DNA of 64,000 bases. Origin: an uncultured virus (IMG/VR IMGVR_UViG_3300040971_000013). Taxonomy: Duplodnaviria; Heunggongvirae; Uroviricota; Caudoviricetes. The notes below the pieces were generated by a model, which did not search any database, was not told the origin of the DNA, and was given only the letters and a program-made list of their open reading frames with translations. The position numbers and the translations under genes were made by a program. Below are positions 9,188 through 17,640 of the stretch, piece after piece. The stretch's first letter is position 1; every line of letters begins with the position of its first letter. The stretch lies in the IMG/VR virus record IMGVR_UViG_3300040971_000013. The stretch is one strand, 5' to 3'.

Positions 9188-9715
9188 ATGAAAATAACTA
9201 GTATTAAACCAATCGGCAAACATGAAGTATATGATATTGCTGTCACAGATGATGAACATTATATTCTTGAAAACGGCGTAATATCTCATAACAGTGGCCT
9301 TATTTATTCTGCAAATCAAGCATTTATTATTGGAAAATCACAAGTTAAAGAAGGAACTGATATAGTAGGTTATAACTTTACTATCAATGTTGAGAAATCA
9401 AGATTTGTAAGAGAAAAATCTAAATTACCTTTTACTGTAACATATGAAAACGGTATTATGAAATATTCAGGCTTACTTGATATTGCGTTAGAACTAGGAA
9501 CAATTCAGAAAGTTGGCGTGGGCTGGTATTCCAGAGTTATTGATGGTGTTCTAGAAGATAAAAAGTATAGAGCAAAACAAACCCTTACAAAAGAATTTTG
9601 GGATATCATATTAAATTCTGATGATTTTAAAGATAAGATTAAAAAAAGGTATCAATTAGGGGCAATTTCTCCTGAGAATGATCTAGAAACTGATAATCAG
9701 GAATTGGCTTCATAG
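9188..9715 (+). CDS. uvsX: C-intein (35 aa) + UvsX C-part
   Basis: MKITSIK...VYDIAV...ENGVISHN|SGLIYSA; VEKSRFVREKSK UvsX motif. Confidence 0.95.
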   Translation: MKITSIKPIGKHEVYDIAVTDDEHYILENGVISHNSGLIYSANQAFIIGKSQVKEGTDIVGYNFTINVEKSRFVREKSKLPFTVTYENGIMKYSGLLDIALELGTIQKVGVGWYSRVIDGVLEDKKYRAKQTLTKEFWDIILNSDDFKDKIKKRYQLGAISPENDLETDNQELAS

Positions 9716-10496
9716 AAGCCAAATATATCCAAACACCATTACTAGAATTAACAAGTTCTATTGCCTCTTCTTTTGGTAGACGACGTCGTTGTTTAGTAAT
9801 GGTGTTTGCGATATGTTTTCTATTCATATTTGATTCGCTGTTTTTCTTGTTCCATTCTTCTGTTTTTTGAATTTTTTTACATGATTCTGACATTTTTTGT
9901 TTATATTCTTCTGAATGTTGTTTACCGTACATATGATGTCTTTCACCTTTTAGAATTGAATCATTTTTTAATTTTGTTGCTAACATTTTGTCAATTGTTT
10001 CTTGTGGAATAGTATTTCCTGTTAAAGCCTTTGAAATTTTATTTCGTGTTTCTTCTGAATGATGTTTACCGTACATATGATGGTTTTCTTTACATTTAAA
10101 TCTTTCTTTCATTCTGATCGAATTGAATAGGCTATGTGTAGTTCGTATTTTTTCAAATTCTCTAGATGAAAGCTTATATCTGTTATCATTTACGGACATA
10201 AAAGCCATCATGAAATATGCATAAAACATCTTTTTAGCATATATAGTTGATACACTTGCTTTATAGAGCAATTTATGACATAAGTAATGTTCTCTTGCTG
10301 TTAAAATTGCGATATTAAATTTATCGGATTTCTGTTCTTTTGATTGACATAAGCATTTTGGAAGAATATGATGTTTTTCGGTATATATTTTTGAAGATAA
10401 AGTTCTATGTAGTGATTTTTCGATGATTTGTGTATAATACAAAGTATACTTGTTAATTGGCAAATTTTTCAATAATGATTCTAAATAAATATTCAT
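9639..10496 (-). CDS. Free-standing HNH homing endonuclease with NUMOD3 repeats
   Basis: EKHHILPK...NIAILTAREHYLCH; two HHMYGKxHSEE repeats; late promoter TATAAATA on the minus strand at 10565-10572. Confidence 0.9.
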   Translation of the reverse strand: MNIYLESLLKNLPINKYTLYYTQIIEKSLHRTLSSKIYTEKHHILPKCLCQSKEQKSDKFNIAILTAREHYLCHKLLYKASVSTIYAKKMFYAYFMMAFMSVNDNRYKLSSREFEKIRTTHSLFNSIRMKERFKCKENHHMYGKHHSEETRNKISKALTGNTIPQETIDKMLATKLKNDSILKGERHHMYGKQHSEEYKQKMSESCKKIQKTEEWNKKNSESNMNRKHIANTITKQRRRLPKEEAIELVNSSNGVWIYLASMKPIPDYQFLDHSQEKLPLIDTFF

Positions 10497-10602
10497 ACTG
10501 ATATTTTCTCCATTAAAATATTAGAGCTCTTGGATACTGGTAATATCGCGAAGAGCATTTATATTATTTATAATAAAGTTTAAAGGGGGTTTTGTATGAT
10601 AT

Positions 10603-10878
10603 ATGAAGACGAGAAAGAATATGCTCTCAGCTGATGAATTTATAGTAACAATATTAGATAAAGAATATCTGATAAAGGGTCTTTCCTTGGAGGGAGACCC
10701 TTCCATTGACAAAAAATTGACAATGGAATATTCTGTATCTTCTGATTTACCTCTAACCGACGATGACCACGAGCTCGTCAAAGGTTTTCTATCCGCACTT
10801 GTTAAGGAGAGCATGAATGGAGTTAACGGAAAAGATTGTCTTAAAGAACCTAATCCTCAACCCGAACTATTTTCTTAA
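10603..10878 (+). CDS. Small protein in the gp40 position
   Basis: Synteny between uvsX and gp41 only. Confidence 0.45.
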   Translation: MKTRKNMLSADEFIVTILDKEYLIKGLSLEGDPSIDKKLTMEYSVSSDLPLTDDDHELVKGFLSALVKESMNGVNGKDCLKEPNPQPELFS

Positions 10879-12178
10879 AGTATATCCGTTCATTGAAGAA
10901 TCATTATTTTCAGAAAGAATCACACAAAAATTATTCAAAGCAATATCAGCATATAATAACAAGTATAATAGACAAGCAAATCTTCCAGTAATAAATGTAT
11001 TCATTGAATCTATCAAAGGCGTCTCAGATACAGAATATAAAGCTCTAAAGGAACTTGAACAGTATTTCCATACAAATGAAACTTTTGCAGACGATTGGTT
11101 GTTTGATGAAACAGAATCTTGGATTCAGAAACGGAAGTATTATGAATCCTTGATTGGAGCCGCTGAGAAGTTTGAGAAAGGAGAGCTTGATACCACTCTG
11201 ACCGATAAGATTGATGCTGCTCTTTCTATTACCTTTGATAATAACATTGGTATGGAATTCTCAGAGGCTGAAAACAGATGGGAATCTTATATATCAGAAG
11301 AATCACATATTCCGTTTTTACTTGATGAATTCAATGCTATTACTAATGGTGGTGTTTATCCAAAAACATTGAATTGCTTATTGTCATCTGATTCTGGTGG
11401 ATTCAAATCTGGAACACTTTGTCATCTATCAGCTGACTATATTAGAACTGGTAAGAACGTTCTCTATATTACACTTGAAATGGCTGAGGATAAGATTCTT
11501 GAACGAATTGATGCCAATATGCTTGATGTTGAAATTGATAATCTTGTTGGACTTGGAAAAGAAACTTTTATTCGAAGCATTGATGAATGCAAGAGAAAGA
11601 TCCAGGGAAGGTTGATTGTCAAACAGTTTCCTACCACTGTTTGTCATGTTGGCCATATTCGTTATCTGTTGAAAGAACTGAAACTGAAAAGAAATTTTAT
11701 TCCAGATATTATATGTGTAGACTATTTGAATCTAATGGCATCGCTTCGATTGAAAGCAGCAGACTCTGGTAATTCATATGGTTATATAAAAGCTATCACT
11801 GAAGAGCTTCGAGGACTTGCTATTGAACAGGATCTTGCTATTTGGACTGCAACTCAGTCAAATAGAGGTGGAGTGGAGAATGAAAATCTGTCCGTTACAG
11901 ACATATCAGAATGTATTTTTGTAAAAGAAAAAGTGGTTTTACATAACGGATCCAAAGTTATCATATCTAATCTTCAAGTCGGTGATTTGATTCAATCGCA
12001 TAACGGAAATAGAGAAGTAAAACATGTTTTTGATACACAGAAAAAAGAGTGTATAAAAATAAAACTTAAATCTGGAAAAGAAATTATAGTATCAAAATCA
12101 CATAAATTTCCAACTGTTCTTGGCCGTAGATCATATTATGATGGTTTGTCAGTTGGAGATAAGATGAATTCGGTATAA
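10817..12178 (+). CDS. gp41: Replicative helicase gp41 N-part + N-intein (11912-12175, 88 aa)
   Basis: LYITLEM, VDYLNL, TATQSNR; DISE|CIFVKEKV; VSKSHKF block B. Confidence 0.95.
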   Translation: MELTEKIVLKNLILNPNYFLKVYPFIEESLFSERITQKLFKAISAYNNKYNRQANLPVINVFIESIKGVSDTEYKALKELEQYFHTNETFADDWLFDETESWIQKRKYYESLIGAAEKFEKGELDTTLTDKIDAALSITFDNNIGMEFSEAENRWESYISEESHIPFLLDEFNAITNGGVYPKTLNCLLSSDSGGFKSGTLCHLSADYIRTGKNVLYITLEMAEDKILERIDANMLDVEIDNLVGLGKETFIRSIDECKRKIQGRLIVKQFPTTVCHVGHIRYLLKELKLKRNFIPDIICVDYLNLMASLRLKAADSGNSYGYIKAITEELRGLAIEQDLAIWTATQSNRGGVENENLSVTDISECIFVKEKVVLHNGSKVIISNLQVGDLIQSHNGNREVKHVFDTQKKECIKIKLKSGKEIIVSKSHKFPTVLGRRSYYDGLSVGDKMNSV

Positions 12179-12187
12179 GACCAATAG

Positions 12188-12237
12188 TAAATCCACCGCC
12201 TAAATATAAATAAAATAAAATTTAGGCGGTGGATTTA
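12188..12237 (+). promoter_or_regulatory. Homing-endonuclease control hairpin with T4 late promoter
   Basis: Perfect 18-bp stem TAAATCCACCGCCTAAAT/ATTTAGGCGGTGGATTTA covering the RBS; TATAAATA at 12205-12212. Confidence 0.85.
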
Positions 12238-13326
12238 ATGACTAGACTTGATACTATAAAATCAGAAGACGAGTTTTACAATTGGGTTTCAAATCTCAAC
12301 GATATCAAAAAACATTTCGATTTTTCTATTGCAACCGAAGAACAAATAGAATTTTTTAAAACTGAGGGATATATTGTTTTCTGTAGTGATATTTCTTTAT
12401 CTTCCAAATGTAAGAGATACCAAGTTATTGCAAAACTTCTTGCTACTGGCACTGGAAACTATAAACAGCGGCTTGTTGATTATTATGCTACAACTAATCC
12501 GTATGAAAAGCAAAGAATACTCTATGGAGAAGAAAAGTTAGAAAAATTAAAGAAGATTGCATCTGATATCGCAAAGAAAAATTTTGAACGTCTTGGAGCT
12601 CCCGCTTCAAAGGAACGATTGCTTCGTAGGGGCGGCACTGAAGAAGAATATAATCTTAGAACAGAAAAATCAAGAATCAAAGCAGAAAAAACACGACAGA
12701 AGAATATAGCAGATGGATATATTGCGAAACCCGGCCGGAATTCTTATCAGTACTGGATGGATTTAGGATATTCTCGTGAAGACGCTAGAACTATATTAGA
12801 AGAAGAATATTTTTTCAATAGTTATGTAGCGCCAACATTGGAAGGATATATTAAGAGATATGGCGAAGAAGAAGGAACATTGAAGTTTTCTGAAGTATGT
12901 AAAAAGAGAATTGCAACTAAACGTGAACGATACGGCACGGCCTTTATATATACTAGAGTATCTAAAGAAGCTATAAGAGTTTTTACACCATTACTGGAAT
13001 ATCTATATGAAAAAGGATATGACAAGGCGCGAATATATGGTATTAACTCAAAAGAATATTTTATTCGTACCGATGATGAGATATTCTTTTATGATTGTGT
13101 TATTTTAGACAAAAAGATTATTATAGAATATAACGGCTCACTCTGGCATGTAAATCCAAATGTGGTAACGAGGTTTGCTCCGTTTTTGGATAAAGAGTTA
13201 ACAATTGAAAAAGATCGTCGAAAAAGAGAGATTGCCGAAGCTAATGGATTTACATTCTATGTCATTTGGGATACTGATAATTGTCAAGAAAAAATACAGG
13301 AGATAATTGATGAACATTCTTTGTGA
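12229..13326 (+). CDS. Vsr-like/PD-(D/E)xK homing endonuclease between the split-intein halves (start may be ATG 12238)
   Basis: C-terminal FYDCV...IIIEYNGSLWH...KD..K...A...GF....IWD; YGEEEG-type repeats. Confidence 0.85.
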   Translation: MDLMTRLDTIKSEDEFYNWVSNLNDIKKHFDFSIATEEQIEFFKTEGYIVFCSDISLSSKCKRYQVIAKLLATGTGNYKQRLVDYYATTNPYEKQRILYGEEKLEKLKKIASDIAKKNFERLGAPASKERLLRRGGTEEEYNLRTEKSRIKAEKTRQKNIADGYIAKPGRNSYQYWMDLGYSREDARTILEEEYFFNSYVAPTLEGYIKRYGEEEGTLKFSEVCKKRIATKRERYGTAFIYTRVSKEAIRVFTPLLEYLYEKGYDKARIYGINSKEYFIRTDDEIFFYDCVILDKKIIIEYNGSLWHVNPNVVTRFAPFLDKELTIEKDRRKREIAEANGFTFYVIWDTDNCQEKIQEIIDEHSL

Positions 13327-13879
13327 TGCCAATGATATGCTATTAATAGAGCGAATCCACGCTTTATCTCAGATGCATATAAAACAGTATGATATTAAAG
13401 ATTATACATATGATGAAATTTTTGAAGCTATTTCTATTTTAGAACTTGAACGCATGGAAAAGGAAAAAGAATTTGATTCTTTAATAGACTTTAATGATGA
13501 AATTGTTTCAATTGAAGATGTTGGAGAATTAGATGTAGTTGATATTACTGTAGATGGTGATAGCTTATTTTACTGTAATAATGTACTTACAAAAAATTCA
13601 TATGGCACGCTATTTACTCTTGACGTTCTGATTGGTATCATTACTACAGAAGAATTTGATGCTCAGAATAAGATACTATATAAACAGTTGAAGAATCGTT
13701 ACGCTGATAAAAACAAAATGAATAAGTTTTTTCTTGGTGTAAATAAGGCTAAGATGACTCTATATTCACAGATGCAGCGTGGTATATCACCTGACAATAG
13801 ACAAGAAAAACAAGAAGATGAACAAAACGCTATGATGTTCAAAGGCAAAAAGAACAAGTTTGATAATTTCAACTTTTAG
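13310..13879 (+). CDS. gp41: C-intein (ends 13597) + gp41 C-part
   Basis: DEIVSIE...DITVDGDSLFYCNNVLTKN|SYG; KQLKNRY; AGGAG RBS before ATG 13310. Confidence 0.92.
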   Translation: MNILCDANDMLLIERIHALSQMHIKQYDIKDYTYDEIFEAISILELERMEKEKEFDSLIDFNDEIVSIEDVGELDVVDITVDGDSLFYCNNVLTKNSYGTLFTLDVLIGIITTEEFDAQNKILYKQLKNRYADKNKMNKFFLGVNKAKMTLYSQMQRGISPDNRQEKQEDEQNAMMFKGKKNKFDNFNF

Positions 13880-13888
13880 AGGAGTTCA

Positions 13889-14434
13889 ATGAAAAGTCAT
13901 CCATTAGTAGTAAACCTTTATGGCGGCCCTGGATCTGGTAAATCGACGGCCGCCGCTATGATCTATTCTAAACTAAAAATGCAGCATCTTGAAGTAGAAC
14001 TCGTTACTGAGTTTGCTAAAGATCTGACTTACGAAGAACGCTTCCATGATCTTGGAAATCAGATCTATGTTTTCGGCGAACAATACCGTAGAATGGATCG
14101 TCTATTTGGATCTGTAGATATTATCATTACTGATTCTCCATTGTTGCTTTCTTGTATCTATTCAAAGAATCCTCTATATAAGAACTATCTTGATGTTATG
14201 ATTAGACGTGTTTCAGAATACGTAGACCGATATGCTATTAATGTTCTACTACAAAGAGAATCAATATATAAAGAATCTGGACGCAAAGAAACAATGACCG
14301 AAGCAGAAGAGATTCATATGATCATTGAAAATATGCTGAAAGGAGAAGAAATTGACTATATTACTGTTCCAAGCAATCCCGATCACATTGATAGGTTGTC
14401 TCAATATATTCTCGATAAAATAAATAGATCATGA
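13889..14434 (+). CDS. P-loop kinase (NadR/AAA_28-like)
   Basis: GGPGSGKST, EFAK, ITDSPLL. Confidence 0.75.
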   Translation: MKSHPLVVNLYGGPGSGKSTAAAMIYSKLKMQHLEVELVTEFAKDLTYEERFHDLGNQIYVFGEQYRRMDRLFGSVDIIITDSPLLLSCIYSKNPLYKNYLDVMIRRVSEYVDRYAINVLLQRESIYKESGRKETMTEAEEIHMIIENMLKGEEIDYITVPSNPDHIDRLSQYILDKINRS

Positions 14435-15186
14435 AAACCTTTATAGAATATATTACCGAAGCTAAAAAGTTTGCTAAGGCCAAGGATCAAGATTTCACAA
14501 ACGATCCACATTTGGTTTTATCTTTTGTAGAATCAGATGAAAAGACATATAAACAAACTAGAGAAAAGACGCATGATAGCGCATCACATGGTATTTCTCA
14601 TTTTGGTGAGTTTGATCCCGAAACCATGAGGGCTATTCTAACTCAAGTCAAATCAACAATCCAACAGTTTCTAAAAGACAATCCAGATCACTTCTGTGGG
14701 CTTCTAAAAAAGCTATCTGGTTTTATTACAACTGAACCAAAAGAAGCCTTTAGACGTGCTAATCTACATATTCTAGCCAACACTCTCGATCTAATTAATG
14801 ACAAGTATATTCTTAGAAACAAAATGATTGACATTGAAAAGGATCTAGTTAAGTATATTCGTATGATCGAGAAAAACTATCTGCGGATTATCAATGACAA
14901 ACTGAAATCTTCTGTCTCATTGGATAAAGTTTCTGATGATCAGATGCGAGATGAACTCTTCAAAGCAAAAAGAGTTTCGTTTCAAGCATGGCAAGGAACG
15001 ATTGCTGTTGATATTCTACTAGACTTTACTGATAATAGCATAATCATCTCCACACCAGATTATATAAGAACTATGTATCAGTTCGATAGACCAGCATCTA
15101 CAAAAGAGGGAACGATCAAGAATTTTTTGTCGAAAGGAATTAAGCCTGAGAACAAACAACTAAATGCTATAATGCAAGGGATCTAA
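14431..15186 (+). CDS. Putative internal head protein (capsid-targeting sequence)
   Basis: MKTFIEYITE|A N-terminus; AATAAATA just upstream. Confidence 0.55.
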   Translation: MKTFIEYITEAKKFAKAKDQDFTNDPHLVLSFVESDEKTYKQTREKTHDSASHGISHFGEFDPETMRAILTQVKSTIQQFLKDNPDHFCGLLKKLSGFITTEPKEAFRRANLHILANTLDLINDKYILRNKMIDIEKDLVKYIRMIEKNYLRIINDKLKSSVSLDKVSDDQMRDELFKAKRVSFQAWQGTIAVDILLDFTDNSIIISTPDYIRTMYQFDRPASTKEGTIKNFLSKGIKPENKQLNAIMQGI

Positions 15187-16245
15187 ATGCAAAATATTCA
15201 TTCTTCTCATCTAGAAGATTTGATTATAGATGGTAAAGAAGGATTGGAAGCTATTATTGATGGTTTAGAAAAAGTTCAACGGTTTTGTGAAGGAGATGAG
15301 CGTTATCGTGAAGCTGTTACTTTAAAGTACGATGGATCTGTAGCAATTGTTGCTGGATGGATCAATGACCGATTCTTTGTCGGATCCAAATCAGTATTCA
15401 ATAAGACTCCAAAGATCAACTATTCTAATGAAGATATTCGAGCTAATCATACCGGTGAGCTCGTCAATATCCTAGACTATTGTTTAGATCTATTAGAACG
15501 TGTTATTCCAAAGGGGAAGATCTATCAAGGAGATCTGTTGTTCTATCCAAACAGAATGCCGGAGAATAATAGAGTTCATTGTAATAAGTTAGTTTATGAT
15601 CTATCAACAATCAATCTTCAATCAGCAAAGCTTGGTATAGTATTTCATTCAGAATATAACTCAGATTTATCACTGAAATCCTTTGTAGTATATGATTCAC
15701 ACTTCTTCAGATCAAAAGATGTATGCATAATTCAGACACCATTTATTTCTCCTAAAGAATATATTCCGCATGATTATCAGTATCTCTTATCGTTTATGAA
15801 TCAATTTGAAATAGTTTCAGTTTCTGCTGATCTGAAAAGATTGTTTCTAATGTATCAGAATTCATTTTATAGATATTGTAATGTTCCAATCGAAGATCCA
15901 TTCCGGAAAACAAATGAATTTAATCACTGGCTATTTAATCGGATTCCGCTTGAAAAAAAGAGCATGAATTGGGCAGAGATCTTCAAAGAATTTGATCGAA
16001 TTCCTTTTCCGGCAATGTTTTCTATTATCAATTATGTAACTGAGATCAAATTGAAATTTCTGGAAGCCTTTCAGCCGATCCATTCTATTGATTGTTATGT
16101 AATTAAAAAAGGTTTTCATGGGTTTCATAGAACAGCTCATGAAGGATATATGATTACAGAAGGTAGGGCAAAAGGATCTAAGCTAGTAGATCGGAACGTT
16201 TTTTCCAGAATCAACTTTGATGAAAACTATCTACGGGGGTGGTAA
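15187..16245 (+). CDS. Conserved T4-like protein with ligase-type nucleotidyltransferase motifs
   Basis: HLED, TLKYDGS, YQGDLLF, HEGY, KLVDR..FSR.NF. Confidence 0.65.
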   Translation: MQNIHSSHLEDLIIDGKEGLEAIIDGLEKVQRFCEGDERYREAVTLKYDGSVAIVAGWINDRFFVGSKSVFNKTPKINYSNEDIRANHTGELVNILDYCLDLLERVIPKGKIYQGDLLFYPNRMPENNRVHCNKLVYDLSTINLQSAKLGIVFHSEYNSDLSLKSFVVYDSHFFRSKDVCIIQTPFISPKEYIPHDYQYLLSFMNQFEIVSVSADLKRLFLMYQNSFYRYCNVPIEDPFRKTNEFNHWLFNRIPLEKKSMNWAEIFKEFDRIPFPAMFSIINYVTEIKLKFLEAFQPIHSIDCYVIKKGFHGFHRTAHEGYMITEGRAKGSKLVDRNVFSRINFDENYLRGW

Positions 16246-16246
16246 G

Positions 16247-16738
16247 ATGAGAATAGTTACATTTGCTATGTGTAGAATGCAGCCTCCAACTGTCGGTCAT
16301 ATGAACGTTGTTGATACTTTACAATATTCTCCAGGTGATCAGATCCTTTTTCTATCTCAGAAACAAGACTCTAAAGATAATCCGCTATCGTTTGCAGTCC
16401 GAAAAGAATTTCTTCGGTATAAGTATTTCAATTTGAATATTCTTCCGGCTTCTAATCTGTTTAGTTGTTTGGAATTACTAAAAGGTGATTATGATATTGT
16501 TAATATCGTCTGTGGATCAGATCGGTATGTAGAGTATCATAAATTCAAGAAGTATGAATCAGATCTCGGCTATTTTATAAATATAATACAATGTGAGTCT
16601 GATAGTCGTGATAAAGTTTCTGGAACTATGCTCAGAAATGCAGTGATAAATAATGAAAAGGACCGATTTATTAAATATTGTATGTTTGATAGTTATCGGT
16701 CAGAGCAGTTATATGATTTGATGAAAGGAATAAAATGA
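16247..16738 (+). CDS. Cytidyltransferase-like (HIGH) nucleotidyltransferase
   Basis: RMQPPTVGH, DNPLSF, CGSDR, SGTMLR. Confidence 0.75.
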   Translation: MRIVTFAMCRMQPPTVGHMNVVDTLQYSPGDQILFLSQKQDSKDNPLSFAVRKEFLRYKYFNLNILPASNLFSCLELLKGDYDIVNIVCGSDRYVEYHKFKKYESDLGYFINIIQCESDSRDKVSGTMLRNAVINNEKDRFIKYCMFDSYRSEQLYDLMKGIK

Positions 16739-16959
16739 AATATTCTGAACGTGGTAGACTAAACAACTTTGATTTATATATGGCTGGATTTGCTCCTTGG
16801 ATAACACCACGTCAGATTCTCATATTGGAACAACTATGTGAGAAATTCAAAGATGAAATGGAAGATTCTATTGACAAAGATGCATTTTTAGATTTTAAAG
16901 AACAAATAGACTATGAAGCTGCAATCAAGCGGAATAAATACTCTAAGGACATATCATGA
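16735..16959 (+). CDS. Hypothetical protein
   Basis: ATGA overlaps with both neighbours. Confidence 0.55.
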   Translation: MKYSERGRLNNFDLYMAGFAPWITPRQILILEQLCEKFKDEMEDSIDKDAFLDFKEQIDYEAAIKRNKYSKDIS

Positions 16960-17171
16960 AAACTTATACTGATTTTTTAAACGAGGGTGTAGATCCTGAA
17001 GTAAAGAAATTGAAAAAAGGACAGACTATCAATTTTTATTCCAAGGAAGGCTCTTCTCATATGTTAACCGGGAAGATCATAACAGTTGGATCTAATTTCT
17101 TTATTATCAAATTACATCCAACCGGTGATACTACTCATATTTTGAAATCTGATGTGGAGCTCGACAAATGA
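16956..17171 (+). CDS. Putative internal head protein
   Basis: MKTYTDFLNE|G; AATAAATA upstream. Confidence 0.55.
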   Translation: MKTYTDFLNEGVDPEVKKLKKGQTINFYSKEGSSHMLTGKIITVGSNFFIIKLHPTGDTTHILKSDVELDK

Positions 17172-17554
17172 AATCATTCAAAGAAATTCTAGAGAACGAA
17201 TTCCCAAAAGGATATGGTTCGGAATCTTTACACCAGCTTCCATATGATGTTCAACGAAAGGTTCCTCATGGCCATCATCTGATTGCTGTAATGCAACAGA
17301 AGACTGCTAAAACTTTTCAACTGATTCTTGATCCTGAACCGGATGTCATTTCTGAATTTGGTAAAGGTGTATACCGTTTCTATTCTCCTTCGCTTGATGC
17401 AAAGACGCTGATCAAGATCAACTTATCTAATGGATTCTGTCAGTTCATTGATATGGACCTCTATAAAGATGAACATAAGATCCGCTGGAAGTCAGCATTC
17501 AAACCTCTCTGGCTTGATATCTATAATATGCAACTAATGAAAAAGTATCAGTAA
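17168..17554 (+). CDS. Putative internal head protein
   Basis: MKSFKEILENE N-terminus. Confidence 0.5.
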   Translation: MKSFKEILENEFPKGYGSESLHQLPYDVQRKVPHGHHLIAVMQQKTAKTFQLILDPEPDVISEFGKGVYRFYSPSLDAKTLIKINLSNGFCQFIDMDLYKDEHKIRWKSAFKPLWLDIYNMQLMKKYQ

Positions 17555-17571
17555 AGCATTCTAACATTCTG

Positions 17572-17611
17572 AAAGGATCTGGTTGACATCGATCAGATCC
17601 TTTTGTATTTG
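17572..17611 (+). terminator. Terminator hairpin containing the -35 of the topoisomerase promoter
   Basis: AAAGGATCTGG-TTGACA-TCGATCAGATCCTTTT; TATTTG 17 nt after the -35. Confidence 0.65.
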
Positions 17612-17640
17612 CAATTCTTGAATAACAAATGGAGGCAACC

